Assembly: GCA_000004985.1 (NCBI GenBank)
Contig: GG738885.1
Reading direction: 5' to 3' (one strand)
DNA length: 64,000 nt
Source: Naegleria gruberi
Taxonomy: Eukaryota
A program made the translations under genes and the position numbers. The notes below the pieces were generated by a model. The model had not been told where the DNA came from, did not search any database, and was given only the letters and a program-made list of their open reading frames with translations. This document shows, one piece after another, positions 11,471 to 22,556 of this stretch. The first letter of the stretch is position 1; each line of letters begins with the position of its first letter.

Positions 11471-13576
11471 ATGGACCCAATGATATCTGGTGTGCTTGAT
11501 ATTCTCCAACAGAATCATCATCAAACAGAACCATTTAATGATTCCAATCATCCGATTCATCTTTACATGTTCCTTACAAGGAATGTCATTGAATATTTGG
11601 GAGAATGTTTAATTAATTTCATGGATCTGTACTTTGAATTCATTATTCAATTATTCATTTGTGGAAATGTTAGTAGGGGGGAATTATTGGCCAATCAACT
11701 ACTAGAGGACATGGAACAAATTTCCGAAGAGAGCTTCATCTTGTTGGAAAACATGTTGAATGAAATTTACATATTTGGTATCGATTTTCAGGATGAATTT
11801 ATAACAAGCAAGCAAAAACTGTCCAAATTAATCAATTTAATATTTGGAGTGATTTATTTCAATAAGGGTAACGAGACCAAATACCTGCAATATATGGAAC
11901 GTGTATATTCTGACGAAATAATCGAAAGGAAAATACTGAGAGTGATCTTCTTGAATAGAATAGGAGATTTTGAGAAGGCCTATGAAGTAGTGAAAGGCCT
12001 GATTCATTTCCATGATTTTTACAAATACCTTGATGAATATTGCAAGACCATGATAGGACTGAATAGAACCGAAGAGCTCTTCCAAGACCTAGAACCGATA
12101 GTGAGTGTCAAGATTCAAGAAAGTGATGCTAGAACTTTTGTACAGGAGAATTTTGGAGTAATTTATTGCCTCTACCTTTCTGCCAGCTTATCAGGTAGGC
12201 TTAATGAATTGGAGCATTTGAACAAATATAATGTAGAATATGCAGCTTGCTTTAGTAACAAGCTTAAAATTCTCAAATGCTACGCGAAATTCCAAATAAG
12301 CATGTCATATGGATTTTTAGAGCAAATGAATCGATCCTCATTCGTTCTACTTAATAGTTATTGCTTGTCAATGTTTGATTCCAACAATCAGTTCATGCAG
12401 CAAAGTAAGGAACATACAAAAGTTATTCATGGAGATCAATTGAAACTTTTCGTTAACATGTACTCTACAACAAGTTTCCGATTCCAAGTTGATTTTGATT
12501 TTTCCAAATTGATTTCTAATGAAGCAATTCTAACTGAATTCAAATATTCCTACAATCCAAAAAATCTTTCTCTGCTCTATGACCCAGAGAACAGTCCAGA
12601 GAGGGAAATATATAGCGATAATACCACCAAAGTATTTGCCAATCTTGATAGTGTTTATATTTGTAAACCTGATGATTGTTGGGCAAAAGAAATGCCTACT
12701 GAATATGGATCACAAATCATCTGCTACAAGAACCATTTACTACTCAAGAAGGACTTTTCCATAAAGTCAGTATCATTCAATAATGGAAAGGAAAAGAAGC
12801 TTAAATTATCTAACTGTAGATCACTTGATGTGAAATATGATACAGAGAATTGGATTTCCTTTTTATTTAATAGAGAAGATGAGAATTTAATAGCTCTTGG
12901 ACAGGACTGTGGGCCGAGTATTATAGCTTCTTCCCTGCACGGTGTAGATATTGTGAGTTTTGAGGAAATTGAGGATGGCATTGCATGTTATTTAGCGATT
13001 GAAAGATTACCATCACGAACATCTAATATATGTAAATACTACATCAGTGTTGAAAATGGGCATTTACATCAAAGAAAGGTATTATTTTCAGATGATAATC
13101 ACTTCTCGATTGATTTTTATCACGAGAAGGAGAAAATTATTGGCTATTCCTGCCCTGAACATTTACAATTTTACAATGTCAACACAAATAAGTTGCTCTA
13201 TCAAACGACTGTAAAATCATTATATTTACTTGACCAATTTCAAGACATGATTCTAATTGCAAGCGATGTGGAAAAAAGATTAATGGTATTTAATCTGAGT
13301 AAGGATTCAGTTAAGGTACTTGTAGATTTATCCTACAAGAATAGCCCTTCAATTGTGCTAGGAAGATTTTGTGGATCTCGTTCGTTCATTATTGAAAGAG
13401 AAGACACCACCCTCTATGAGTACTCTTTATCCAATGGTGAATGTCTTGCTGTTTATCCCTTCAAGATTAATTTTACAACATCTGTGGAATATTTCGAGCA
13501 TTCCCCTTCACAAAAGAGATTTCTTCTCGTATTGGAACTTGATTGCATTCATCTCATTGAATTGTCATCAATTTAA
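11471..13576 (+). CDS. hypothetical protein (about 700 aa)
   Basis: The long ORF is open from 11300 (GTG). The first in-frame ATG is at 11471 (MDPMISGV...). No domain is recognised. An upstream spliced exon cannot be excluded. Confidence 0.45.
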   Translation: MDPMISGVLDILQQNHHQTEPFNDSNHPIHLYMFLTRNVIEYLGECLINFMDLYFEFIIQLFICGNVSRGELLANQLLEDMEQISEESFILLENMLNEIYIFGIDFQDEFITSKQKLSKLINLIFGVIYFNKGNETKYLQYMERVYSDEIIERKILRVIFLNRIGDFEKAYEVVKGLIHFHDFYKYLDEYCKTMIGLNRTEELFQDLEPIVSVKIQESDARTFVQENFGVIYCLYLSASLSGRLNELEHLNKYNVEYAACFSNKLKILKCYAKFQISMSYGFLEQMNRSSFVLLNSYCLSMFDSNNQFMQQSKEHTKVIHGDQLKLFVNMYSTTSFRFQVDFDFSKLISNEAILTEFKYSYNPKNLSLLYDPENSPEREIYSDNTTKVFANLDSVYICKPDDCWAKEMPTEYGSQIICYKNHLLLKKDFSIKSVSFNNGKEKKLKLSNCRSLDVKYDTENWISFLFNREDENLIALGQDCGPSIIASSLHGVDIVSFEEIEDGIACYLAIERLPSRTSNICKYYISVENGHLHQRKVLFSDDNHFSIDFYHEKEKIIGYSCPEHLQFYNVNTNKLLYQTTVKSLYLLDQFQDMILIASDVEKRLMVFNLSKDSVKVLVDLSYKNSPSIVLGRFCGSRSFIIEREDTTLYEYSLSNGECLAVYPFKINFTTSVEYFEHSPSQKRFLLVLELDCIHLIELSSI

Positions 13577-14371
13577 CTGTATTTGCGTAACAGAAGCTTG
13601 CGATCAATTTATGAAACACAATAGTTGGATTAATATTACAAAAGAGTCACATTACTATGAATGTTATTATTTATTAAATGGATGGTGAACTTTTAAAAGT
13701 AACATGTTAATACCCAAGGGTAATATCCAACAACAGAGAACATATCATCTATTGAAATGGTAAAGAATCTTTTTATGATTAATCACTCTGTCATTAAAAC
13801 ATCCAACAAAACATTAATTTACAGTGTATTGAATTCAACTAAACTACATGAACATTTGAAACATTTTATTTAATTCAAAATTTAAGAGTGATTGGAAACT
13901 GTAGCAAGTTGAAGAATAATAGGTCACATGTTCCCAATTTGGTTTCAAAGTCAAAAATCGTCGAAAGTCACAACCAAAACAATAATGCTCCTAGACATTT
14001 AAGAACAACCCTCCAGCAAGATATGACATTAGCCCTTCTATTAGAAACCTTCAAGAAGAAAAAAGAAAAAAAACATCTCTTACTAAACTCTGAGTTTCTC
14101 TCATCCTCTTGATTGAAACGATAGAATAATCTAATACCACACACTCTCTATTGTTAATACCACTCCAAACGACTATTGTGTTCCAGGGTAATATCAGCTT
14201 ACACTCAACATTTTTTGGATTTATCCAGCCAACATATCAAAATCTTGAAAGTTATTGCTGGCATTTTACTAAAAAACAAGGCAACGAAGGTCTCATCATT
14301 CTCTTCTTCTATTTATCCTAAACTTTGATCTGTTTATTTCATCATCGAACAACTTTCGTCTACTTTATCTC

Positions 14372-16624
14372 ATGACCTTTCTAACACCAACTGTTGATAA
14401 CAGTACCACATCTACTCGAAAGAATAGTACACTTCTGACCCCTCCTCCAACTGGAACCAAATCACCTTCTTCCACAACACATTCAGCCACCAATCCAACA
14501 AACCAAGACGAAACTCGATCAGCAGTCTCTAAAGCAGGAGGAAATTCTTCTATTGAAAATGGCAACATTAAGAAGGAATTATACATGAAGAGAAAGAGAA
14601 TCACATTACTGAGCAGTATCTTGGGTTTAATATTTGCAGTATTAGCTGTTGCTGTTCTGTCACCAATCATTGTCATTGTCATTCACTCATTGGAAAAACA
14701 GAGAAAAGATGGATATGTAGAGAGAGTGAAACAGATTGCAATTACTGCAGAGCTGCTAATCAGAAAACAAGTTGAAGTTTCGTTTGGTTCTCTACAAATT
14801 ATGAGTCAAGTCGCCCAAGAATGGAATTATTCGATTAATTTGGAAAGATTTAACAATTTTGCTTCAAGGTTGACCAAAGATTTTCCAGAATTGAATACTT
14901 TTGAGTATGCTCTGACGGATGAGTTTGTTTTGGAGTATATTTATCCATTGGCAGGATTGGAATTTATGATTGGACATCACATGGGTCTTAATACGTATGT
15001 AATTTTTACAATTTTTGTAATTTTTTAATTTTTTAAATATTTTGTAATTTATTTAATAATATTTAATAATATTTAATTTGAAATTGTAAAATATTGAATG
15101 AAATTGTATTGAAATAGACCTGCTCATACAACAATTATTAAGGAAGCAGTTGCTACGAAAAAGACAAAAATCTTTGGACCAATCAATATGATCAATTTGG
15201 ATCCTAATTCTGTGGCTGTAATTGCTCAGAATCCAATTTACTATCCGAATGGAACTTTCTTTGGTTTGAGTGTGGAACTGTTCGATTTTATGAAACTATT
15301 CGAAACTATAGATTTACACACAGTTCTATCAGGATTCCAATACCAACTATTCGAATATGCTCAAAATCAAATCTTTATGCAAAATCTCAATGGAACCAAA
15401 TCAGGAACCATTGGAACTATAGGAAATCCCAATGTGAAATATTTAACAGATTCAATCGAACGAAACATGACAGTCATGAACAGTAATTGGAAAATTATCC
15501 TTCGTCCAATTGATGGCTGGGACACTGACAGCTTACTCTGGCTTGAAGTCTGCATTGGCATTGCAGTTGCCTTAGTAGTTTTCATTCTCGTCATTTTAGG
15601 AGTCAACCAATTGGTTCAAGATTATTTCAGAAAGAAGGAATATCAATATATTCAAGATAGTTTGGAAATGAAAGTTAAGGAGAGAACGAAAGATTTGGCT
15701 AGCTCACATTCTCAATTATTGTTGCTTTTGGATAGAATTTCATTTGAGGAGCAGAGAACGAAAAAGATTATGAATTCTCTGGAAGATTCGGTTATCACGA
15801 TTGATTCGTCAGCTATGGGAAAGATTATACATTCGAATAATGCATTTTTTAAGAATTTTGGATATACTGATTCGGATTTGATTAGAAATTTGTCAATTTC
15901 AACTCTTTTACCAAAGTTAAATTTGAGTACGATTGTGACAGAGTTGAAGAATCAAGCCGATTTGAAAGTAGCCGAAACTACTGCCAATACAAAGACAGGA
16001 GTTTCGCTCAATGTGAAAGTTTCCATCTCCATGAGTCAAATTTACAATCAACCTTCCAATAATCAACAAAATTCGATTGGTCAACCAGGAATTCCAACCA
16101 TTACCATCACAGACGAAAAGGAAAGAGAAATGGCAACCATCAGAGAATGCAAACTCCAAACTGTCTACGTTATCCTAATCCACATCCTCGACACAATCAT
16201 CCATCCAACAGGTTTCAACGAACACTATCAACTCACCAACCAAATCACAAATGAATTTCTGGAATTTTTCACAGATATTGAAAATCGAAAGAAATTTAAA
16301 GAATTTTGCTCGACTGAAAGAAACGATGAAAATATTTGCTTTTTGGAAGATGTGGAATTTTACAAAAGTTTGGGGAATATTCAAGAAAGAGTTACAATGC
16401 AAGAGGAAATGTATAACAAGTATCTTAAGGCTAATTCTCCAAAACAGTTGAATATTTCAAAGAAACAATTAGAAACTCATTCGTTCAAGATTAGTCGAGG
16501 TTTGGGAGAATTTGAACTGTTTGACGAGTTGGAGAGGACTGTTATCTTGACAGTTTCAATGGATAGCTTTAAGAGATGGCAAGAGAAGGAGAGAAGAAAT
16601 GAGGATCATCTCAATTATCTGTAA
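14372..16624 (+). CDS. two-TM receptor-like protein: extracellular CHASE-like sensor domain, cytoplasmic PAS-like region and C-terminal RGS domain; 2 exons
   Basis: Exon 1 is 14372..14994 and exon 2 is 15118..16624 (donor GTATGT at 14995, acceptor AG at 15116-17, phase 2/1 consistent). TM1 is ITLLSSILGLIFAVLAVAVLSPIIVIVIH. An ectodomain of about 270 aa follows (...KIFGPINMINLDPNSVAVIAQNPIYYPNGTFFGLSVELF...). TM2 is LLWLEVCIGIAVALVVFILVILGV. The RGS signature is NEFLEFFTDIENRKKFKEFCSTERNDENICFLEDVEFYKSL. Confidence 0.65.
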
Positions 16625-16727
16625 TTTTATAAATTCTATTCGAATCCATTCGAAACTCTTTTCAAAGGTTACACATGGTACTCAGACGTTGTACGCACTG
16701 TATGAACTTTTTAAAGTTACAAAAAAA

Positions 16728-17291
16728 ATGCAACAACTTCTCCATACGTTATCCAAACACTTGCCAAGGAAACAAATCTTTCACTCATTGAACGATCAAA
16801 CAAACGTTCTAATTTTGGAAAGATTCAATTTATTATCTTTTGAAAATGGACCTGGTTTAGTGTTACATCGATTTGTGCATTCAGATCCTGATAGAGGGTA
16901 TCATGATCATCCGTGGAGGTTTGGCATTAGTTTGATATTAAGTGGTTCGTATAGGGAAATTAAAGTTTCGCATTCGAATAAAAAGATGAGTGAGAAGGAG
17001 TTTCGTGCAGGAAGTGTTAATTATTTCAGTGGGAAGGATTATCACCGAGTCTTGCTGAAACCTCAACCGAATGAGAATAAGGAAATCAAGGAATTGGATG
17101 AAAATAATGAGGAAATTGTGGACGAATGTGAGGTGTGGACTTTATTCTTTCATTGGAAACGAGTTAAAATGTGGGGATTCCTCAAAGAGGAAGAAACCTC
17201 TCCGGATGGATGGAAATTCAATCAATACAGCAAGACAGTGGAAGATATGGATGGTGCTTGGTGGAAGGATGAAATCAAAGTAAAGAATTAA
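16728..17291 (+). CDS. hypothetical small protein (possible cupin-like His cluster HSDPDRGYHDHPW)
   Basis: ORF 16599..17291 with its first in-frame ATG at 16728 (MQQLLHTLSKH...). No confident family assignment. Confidence 0.4.
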   Translation: MQQLLHTLSKHLPRKQIFHSLNDQTNVLILERFNLLSFENGPGLVLHRFVHSDPDRGYHDHPWRFGISLILSGSYREIKVSHSNKKMSEKEFRAGSVNYFSGKDYHRVLLKPQPNENKEIKELDENNEEIVDECEVWTLFFHWKRVKMWGFLKEEETSPDGWKFNQYSKTVEDMDGAWWKDEIKVKN

Positions 17292-17483
17292 AGTTATTTA
17301 TTTTTTTTCAGAAATTATATAGGTTACTGAACTGAGGCAATTTTCTCAATAGGTTCAAATTGTCAGCCAGAGAAAGTAGATTAGATATGATATTACGTGA
17401 TATATAATATTCATATGTAGACACGCATTTTTCCAATGAACATTTTTAATATTCCTTATTATCATTGTATTATCAATATGAAT

Positions 17484-17604
17484 GGCTACGGCCATATCAC
17501 GATTCATGCACCTCATCCCGTCCGATTTGAGAAGTTAAGCATCGTCGAGCCACATCAGTACTGAGGTTGGAGACAACTTGGGAACCTGTGGTGCTGTAGT
17601 CTTT
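17484..17604 (+). rRNA. 5S ribosomal RNA, copy 1
   Basis: GGCTACGGCCATATCACG...CCCGTCCGATTTGAGAAGTTAAGCATCGTCGAGCC...GGGAACCTGTGGTGCTGTAGTC. Helix I pairs 5' GGCTACGGC with 3' GCTGTAGTC. A T5 Pol III terminator follows directly. Confidence 0.9.
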
Positions 17605-17606
17605 TT
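17602..17606 (+). terminator. Pol III T-run terminator after 5S copy 1
   Basis: TTTTT immediately after the 5S 3' end. Confidence 0.5.
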
Positions 17607-19072
17607 GCCTTATCAGAATGTGATACTAGTGTTACTTATCAAGTTTGCCATCTTTATGGTCAATCCAGTTTGCTTCTCTCTTTCTTTCCATTATTCCAAA
17701 CAGCTTCGTTGGATTGATTACCTACATTGCTCCATCATCAATTAGTAATTAAGATTCACTACATGTTCAATAATTGTACTAGGCATTATTATTTATTAAA
17801 ATACCACAAACATTTAGCCAATCCTCACTCGACAACAAACAGAATAAATACAATGATCCTTATGTAATACTCAAAACCATCTTTCTCGGCCAATTGGCTT
17901 TGATCGAGTATCTATTCTTTTCAGTTTAATAGCTGAAAGCAGCCCACGGGTTGCATTACTATTAACTCAATTTTTTGTAGGGATCAGGGGTTGAGCTTAA
18001 TTGCTCACTTTGATTTGGTTTCAATCAGACATTGCACAAACCGTCAGATTAGGAGCCACCCAACTCTTTTTATTAATTGAAAATTCATTGCGCATTGAGA
18101 ATCTCAATCAGAGTAAAATTGAGTTTTTTTTCAAATTCCGAGCTTGTATGATGACGAAGATATTAAATTAAATAATAGTAAGCATGATGAGGGACCCAAA
18201 CCATGAACAAGATGGAGGATAAATTGAATCCATCAAATATCAAATGCAGTCCTCCAACTTCGTGTACTGCATTCATTAAGGCTGCTCCTTCATTGAAAGT
18301 AGAAACAAAAAAACAATTAGTTCCTTTGAATACAAACAAAATTCTGGATAACTTTCATTGTTTAAAGAAAAATGGAAGGTAAAGCACAAGAAATCCAAAA
18401 TGTAATTTCATTAAAGTGAAAAACATTATTTGGTAAATTTGTTCAATTTCAAGAGGCACAAGATTTATTACTGGACAAAGCAGTATTAAAATACATCAGA
18501 TGCATAGAAAACGTTCATTGGTTTTTTGAGCTCAACTTTGCCAAGTTCAGTTGAGTATCTGCTTGTGATTTTTGCAGAAAATAGGTCAGTATAATCTGAG
18601 GTTATCTTCTTTATGGTTTTAAGAGATGATCATTTGAAAATCGAGAATTAGGTAGACTAGATGCTTTTATCGATATTTTGAATATTAAAATTAAGAGATG
18701 AAGTGAAAAATTAATCTCGAGTGCCGGGAATTGAAACGCTCCTGCCTTTTGGTTGAAGTAAAATTTCAAACAACCTTCACTGCAATTCTTCTTCTTTGTG
18801 TTATTAAAAAAACAAAAGGCATTGAGAGCATTCAAATTGAATTTGCTTCAAAACAGACTTTCTTAAATCATTTATATCCACTCTAGATACCTTACTTAAA
18901 TTATCAAGTGCTGACGGATCATATCTCTCTTATATAGTACAGTATCGAGAAATTTAAGTTAATGGAAGGAACATTAGGTAAAGGTAATGACTCGAAAGCA
19001 TCTCCAAAATTCCACATACACGATTTCACAATTTTCAAATATTCTTTTGAATTGGTTTATTTAGCAATCACA

Positions 19073-19951
19073 TTATGATCCACCTCCACTCACTCCATCA
19101 TAAATAATTTCAGTCTTTCTCAATAATTCTCTATCCTCCACTGTGGTGACATTCCTTTCCCTCCAATTTTCATAAAAGTTTCTCATAATTGAGGCACACA
19201 AATTTCCCTCATACTTATTACATCCAGCCAAGTGAAATATAAATGATTTACCCTCCCTATAATCATACATGTACGAATTGAGGAATGATTTCAAGGCAAC
19301 TCGAACATTCTGAGATTTTCCATGTTCGAGTTCCATAGCGAGTGGAGTTTGTTCTGCATACCAATGCATGGAATAGAGAAAGTATTTCCAACTGAGTACA
19401 TTATTCAATATCTGATGTGACCATTTACAATTTCTAATAGCCATTATTCCACTATTCAATCCATTTCTATCATATGAAATGATTAGGTTAATTTCTCTAT
19501 TCTTATTCGGATCTCGTTTCAACGATTCCTCAATAATTTGATCCAAATCAACTTGATGCAATAACACAAGTGCATCAGAATCAATCCAAATAATCCAATC
19601 ATAACTACTCAATTGACTTTTGATAAGTGGAATCTTATTCCAAGCAGGTTTCACAAACCATGATTTATAGAAAGGTTGATTGAATAGGATAAAATCATAA
19701 TTATGTTTTAGAGAGTAGAAAATCTTGTTCAGACTTGTCATTCGTCCAATTTCTTGAAAGCTTTTCGTATGGAATGAAACGATTGCAATTTTAGCTTTCG
19801 AATATTTGTTTCGGATTATGATTGGATGAAGAAAAGTTAATTTTTCATCAATATTTGGTTGATAGAGAATGAAGAGAAATATATACACGAGACAACTAGA
19901 TATTGTCAGTAAAATAAAGGAAAGTATTGTTCTACGTCTTGTTATCCACAT
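19073..19951 (-). CDS. GT34-family glycosyltransferase (alpha-galactosyl/xylosyl/mannosyl-transferase-like), type II membrane protein
   Basis: The ORF is open from a TTG at 19981; the first ATG is at 19949-51 (MWITRRRTILSFILLTISSCLVYIFLFIL signal anchor). A DxD motif is present (IIWIDSDALV). The overall layout resembles galactomannan galactosyltransferase/MNN10. Confidence 0.6.
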   Translation of the reverse strand: MWITRRRTILSFILLTISSCLVYIFLFILYQPNIDEKLTFLHPIIIRNKYSKAKIAIVSFHTKSFQEIGRMTSLNKIFYSLKHNYDFILFNQPFYKSWFVKPAWNKIPLIKSQLSSYDWIIWIDSDALVLLHQVDLDQIIEESLKRDPNKNREINLIISYDRNGLNSGIMAIRNCKWSHQILNNVLSWKYFLYSMHWYAEQTPLAMELEHGKSQNVRVALKSFLNSYMYDYREGKSFIFHLAGCNKYEGNLCASIMRNFYENWRERNVTTVEDRELLRKTEIIYDGVSGGGS

Positions 19952-20439
19952 TTTTTTTAATATTCGAATAGACAGAGACAAATGACATTTATTTACTTCT
20001 TTGATGTTTGTTAAATAACAATAATTTAATAGTACTCACGTTAACTGGATACAACAAGCTCCTCTGGATTTGTTTCATTTAATATTTGGAATCAATTTAA
20101 TGGAAGCAGCTGTGGGAATTTCAAGAGATGTACAACAACAGTTCCCAACTAATGAACTAGCAAGGTTTTTTAAAGAACAAGGTTTTAAATGTAAAACAAT
20201 GAAAGCATTTCTTCGTCAGTGAGGATTTTATTGGATTGGATTCTGGCTTGAAGAAAGTTTGGTTTCGTTTAAATATTCTTTGCATAATTCGAAACAGTTT
20301 ATCCATAATTTATCCAAATCCAAAATATCTTTTTGGGGAAAATTCAGAAGAGCAATTAGAGCAGCTCAATAAGGGTATGCTTTCAATCTTTTTTGTTAGG
20401 TGTGTTTATTGATTTAAAAATATACAAGGTGACTTACTT

Positions 20440-21340
20440 TCATACTTCCTGTATAATACTACTTAGTACTAAGTGATGTTAATTGTTTCATTTCACTTAT
20501 GAATTTGAATCCTTCTACACTAATTTGATTTCCACCAATATCAAGTGATTTTAATTGTCTCATTTCACTTATAAATTTGGCTCCTTCATCACCAATTTGA
20601 TTTCCACCAATAACAAGTGATTTTAATCGTTTCATTTCACTAATAAATTGACTCCTTCATCACCAATTCGATTGTTATAAATAGTCGAGTGATGTTAATT
20701 GTTTCATTTCACTTATTAATATGGCTCCTTCATCACCAACTCGATTTCTACCAATACCAAGTGATGTTAATCGTTTCATTTCGCTTATTGATTTGACTCC
20801 TTCATCACCAATTCTATTGTAACTAATATCAAGTGATGTTAATTGTTTCATTTCACTTATAAATATGGCTCCTTCATCACCAATTCGATTTTCAGAAATA
20901 TTAAGTGATGTTAATTGTTTCATTTCAATAATAAATTTGACTCCTTCATCACCAATTCGATTGTTATAAATATAAGTGATGTTAATTGTTTCATTTCGCT
21001 TATTGACTTGGCTCCTTCATCACCAATTCGATTTCCACCAATACCAAGTGATGTTAATCGTTTCATTTCACTTATTGATTTGACTCCTTCATCACCAATT
21101 CGATTGTTACTAATATCAAGTGATATTAACTGTTTCATTTCACTTATAAATTTGGCTCCTTCATCACCAATTCGATTTTACAAATATCAAGTGATGTTAA
21201 TTGTTTCATTTCAGTTATGAATGTGGGTTTTTCTATAGAGTCAAACAACCTTTTAGTAAATATAACATTAACAATACTATTCATAAATTGACTTTTCGTG
21301 AATAATTCATTCTTTTCACCAATTCTTTTTAAATATATCA
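20440..21340 (-). pseudogene. degenerate tandem partial copy of the adjacent F-box-like/LRR gene (frameshifted LRR repeats, no N-terminal region)
   Basis: About 12 copies of the 72-nt LRR unit are present (MKQLTSLDISNNRIGDEGVKSISE) with 1-3 nt indels. Three ORF pieces lie in different frames (20675..20923, 20920..21138, 21144..21341). Piece 21144..21341 repeats ELFTKSQFMNSIVNV..RLFDSIEKPTFITEMKQLTSLD from the intact gene. Confidence 0.55.
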
Positions 21341-21960
21341 AGTGATGTTAATCGTGTCATTTCACTTATGAACTTGACTCCTTCATCACCAATTTGATTT
21401 CCGCCAATATCAAGTGATTTTAATTGTTTCATTTCACATATAAATTTGGCTTCTTTATCACCAATTCGATTGTAACATATATCAAGTGATGTTAATTGTT
21501 TCAGTTCACTTATAAATATGGCTCCTTCGTCACCAATTCGATTTTCAGAAATATTAAGTGATGTTAATTGTTTCATTTCACTTATTGATTTGGCTCCTTC
21601 ATCACCAATTCGATTGTTATAAATAGTAAGTGATGTTAATTGTTTCATTTCACATATAAATTTGACTCCTTCATCACCAGTTTGATTGTTATTAATATCA
21701 AGTGATGTTAATTGTTTCATTTCGCTTATTGACTTGGCTCCTTCATCACCAATTTGATTTCCACCAATACCAAGTGATGTTAATCGTTTCATTTCAATTA
21801 TTGATTTGACTCCTTCATCACCAATTCCATTGTTATAAATACCAAGTGATATTAACTGTTTCATTTCACTTATAAATTTGACTCCTTCATCACCAATTCG
21901 ATTGTTACTAATATCAAGTGATGTTAATTGTTTCATTTCAGTTATGAATGTGGGTTTTTC
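20440..21960 (-). repeat. 72-bp tandem coding repeat array (ribonuclease-inhibitor-type LRR units)
   Basis: The unit ...gtgatgttaattgtttcatttcacttat(a/t)aattt(g/t)gctccttcatcaccaattcgatt... is reiterated about 20 times across the pseudogene and the intact gene. Confidence 0.8.
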
Positions 21961-22332
21961 TATAGAGTCAAACAACCTTTTAGAAAATTTAACATTAACA
22001 ATACTATTCATAAATTGACTTTTCGTGAATAATTCAATTCTTTTCTCTGTAAATTTCTTTTTAAATTTAATAAAAAGTTTTGAACGTTCCTTGATCACAT
22101 TAAAGAATTGTTTTGAAATCAAGGAACAATTATTCAAAATAAACCACGAATCATCAATCATGGAAATTATTTCAAAACAAATATCATCGGAAAATATTTC
22201 TTCTCGTTGGAGCGACACTAGTTTTTTCTTTTTTGCCTTCTCCTCCATGTTATTATTATTATGATTGATCACGAGTAGCAGTTCCTCCGAAGTTTTTAGC
22301 TTTTCGAAATCTTGTCTGTTTCGTTTGCTCAT
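21316..22332 (-). CDS. F-box-like N-terminus + leucine-rich repeat (ribonuclease inhibitor type) protein
   Basis: ATG at 22330-32. The N-terminus reads LVSLQREEIFSDDICFEIISMIDDSWFILNNCSLISKQFFNVIKERS (F-box-like). About 9 LRR units of 24 aa follow (EMKQLTSLDISNNRIGDEGVKFIS). A near-identical paralog is at 51994. Confidence 0.8.
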   Translation of the reverse strand: MSKRNRQDFEKLKTSEELLLVINHNNNNMEEKAKKKKLVSLQREEIFSDDICFEIISMIDDSWFILNNCSLISKQFFNVIKERSKLFIKFKKKFTEKRIELFTKSQFMNSIVNVKFSKRLFDSIEKPTFITEMKQLTSLDISNNRIGDEGVKFISEMKQLISLGIYNNGIGDEGVKSIIEMKRLTSLGIGGNQIGDEGAKSISEMKQLTSLDINNNQTGDEGVKFICEMKQLTSLTIYNNRIGDEGAKSISEMKQLTSLNISENRIGDEGAIFISELKQLTSLDICYNRIGDKEAKFICEMKQLKSLDIGGNQIGDEGVKFISEMTRLTSLDIFKKNW

Positions 22333-22556
22333 TTTTTTGTTTGTTAATTTTCATCAGATGCTTACAAAAAAACTGATTCATATTATTAATATTGTAAAAC
22401 CAAGAAGAAAAATAATACTTTGAATTTCGTTGCTGAATCTCATTAGACATGAACTTGCTTTTTGTAAAAAAATCAAAAAAAAAAATGTCAAGAACACTCT
22501 ACATTGCTAATACCCTTCAGTTTGATAGTGAGTTTTTTAAATCAAATTTTTAGATC

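Noticed and set aside
13888-14112. 74-aa ORF in the 13.6-14.4 kb intergenic region
   Set aside because: K/N-rich low complexity with no start context. It is likely promoter or 5' UTR of the receptor gene.
18611-18835. 74-aa minus-strand ORF between 5S copy 1 and the GT34 gene
   Set aside because: No motifs, poor start context, and it lies in a long AT-rich spacer.
20100-20222. 40-codon ATG ORF (MEAAVGISRDVQQQFPTNELARFFKEQGFKCKTMKAFLRQ) upstream of the GT34 gene
   Set aside because: Too short and without recognisable features to call. It is noted only as a possible micro-ORF.
20440-21960. Regular about 72-bp direct repeats that superficially resemble a repeat-spacer array
   Set aside because: The period is 72 nt and there are no unique spacers. 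The units encode LRR modules in frame, so this is a coding tandem repeat, not a CRISPR.
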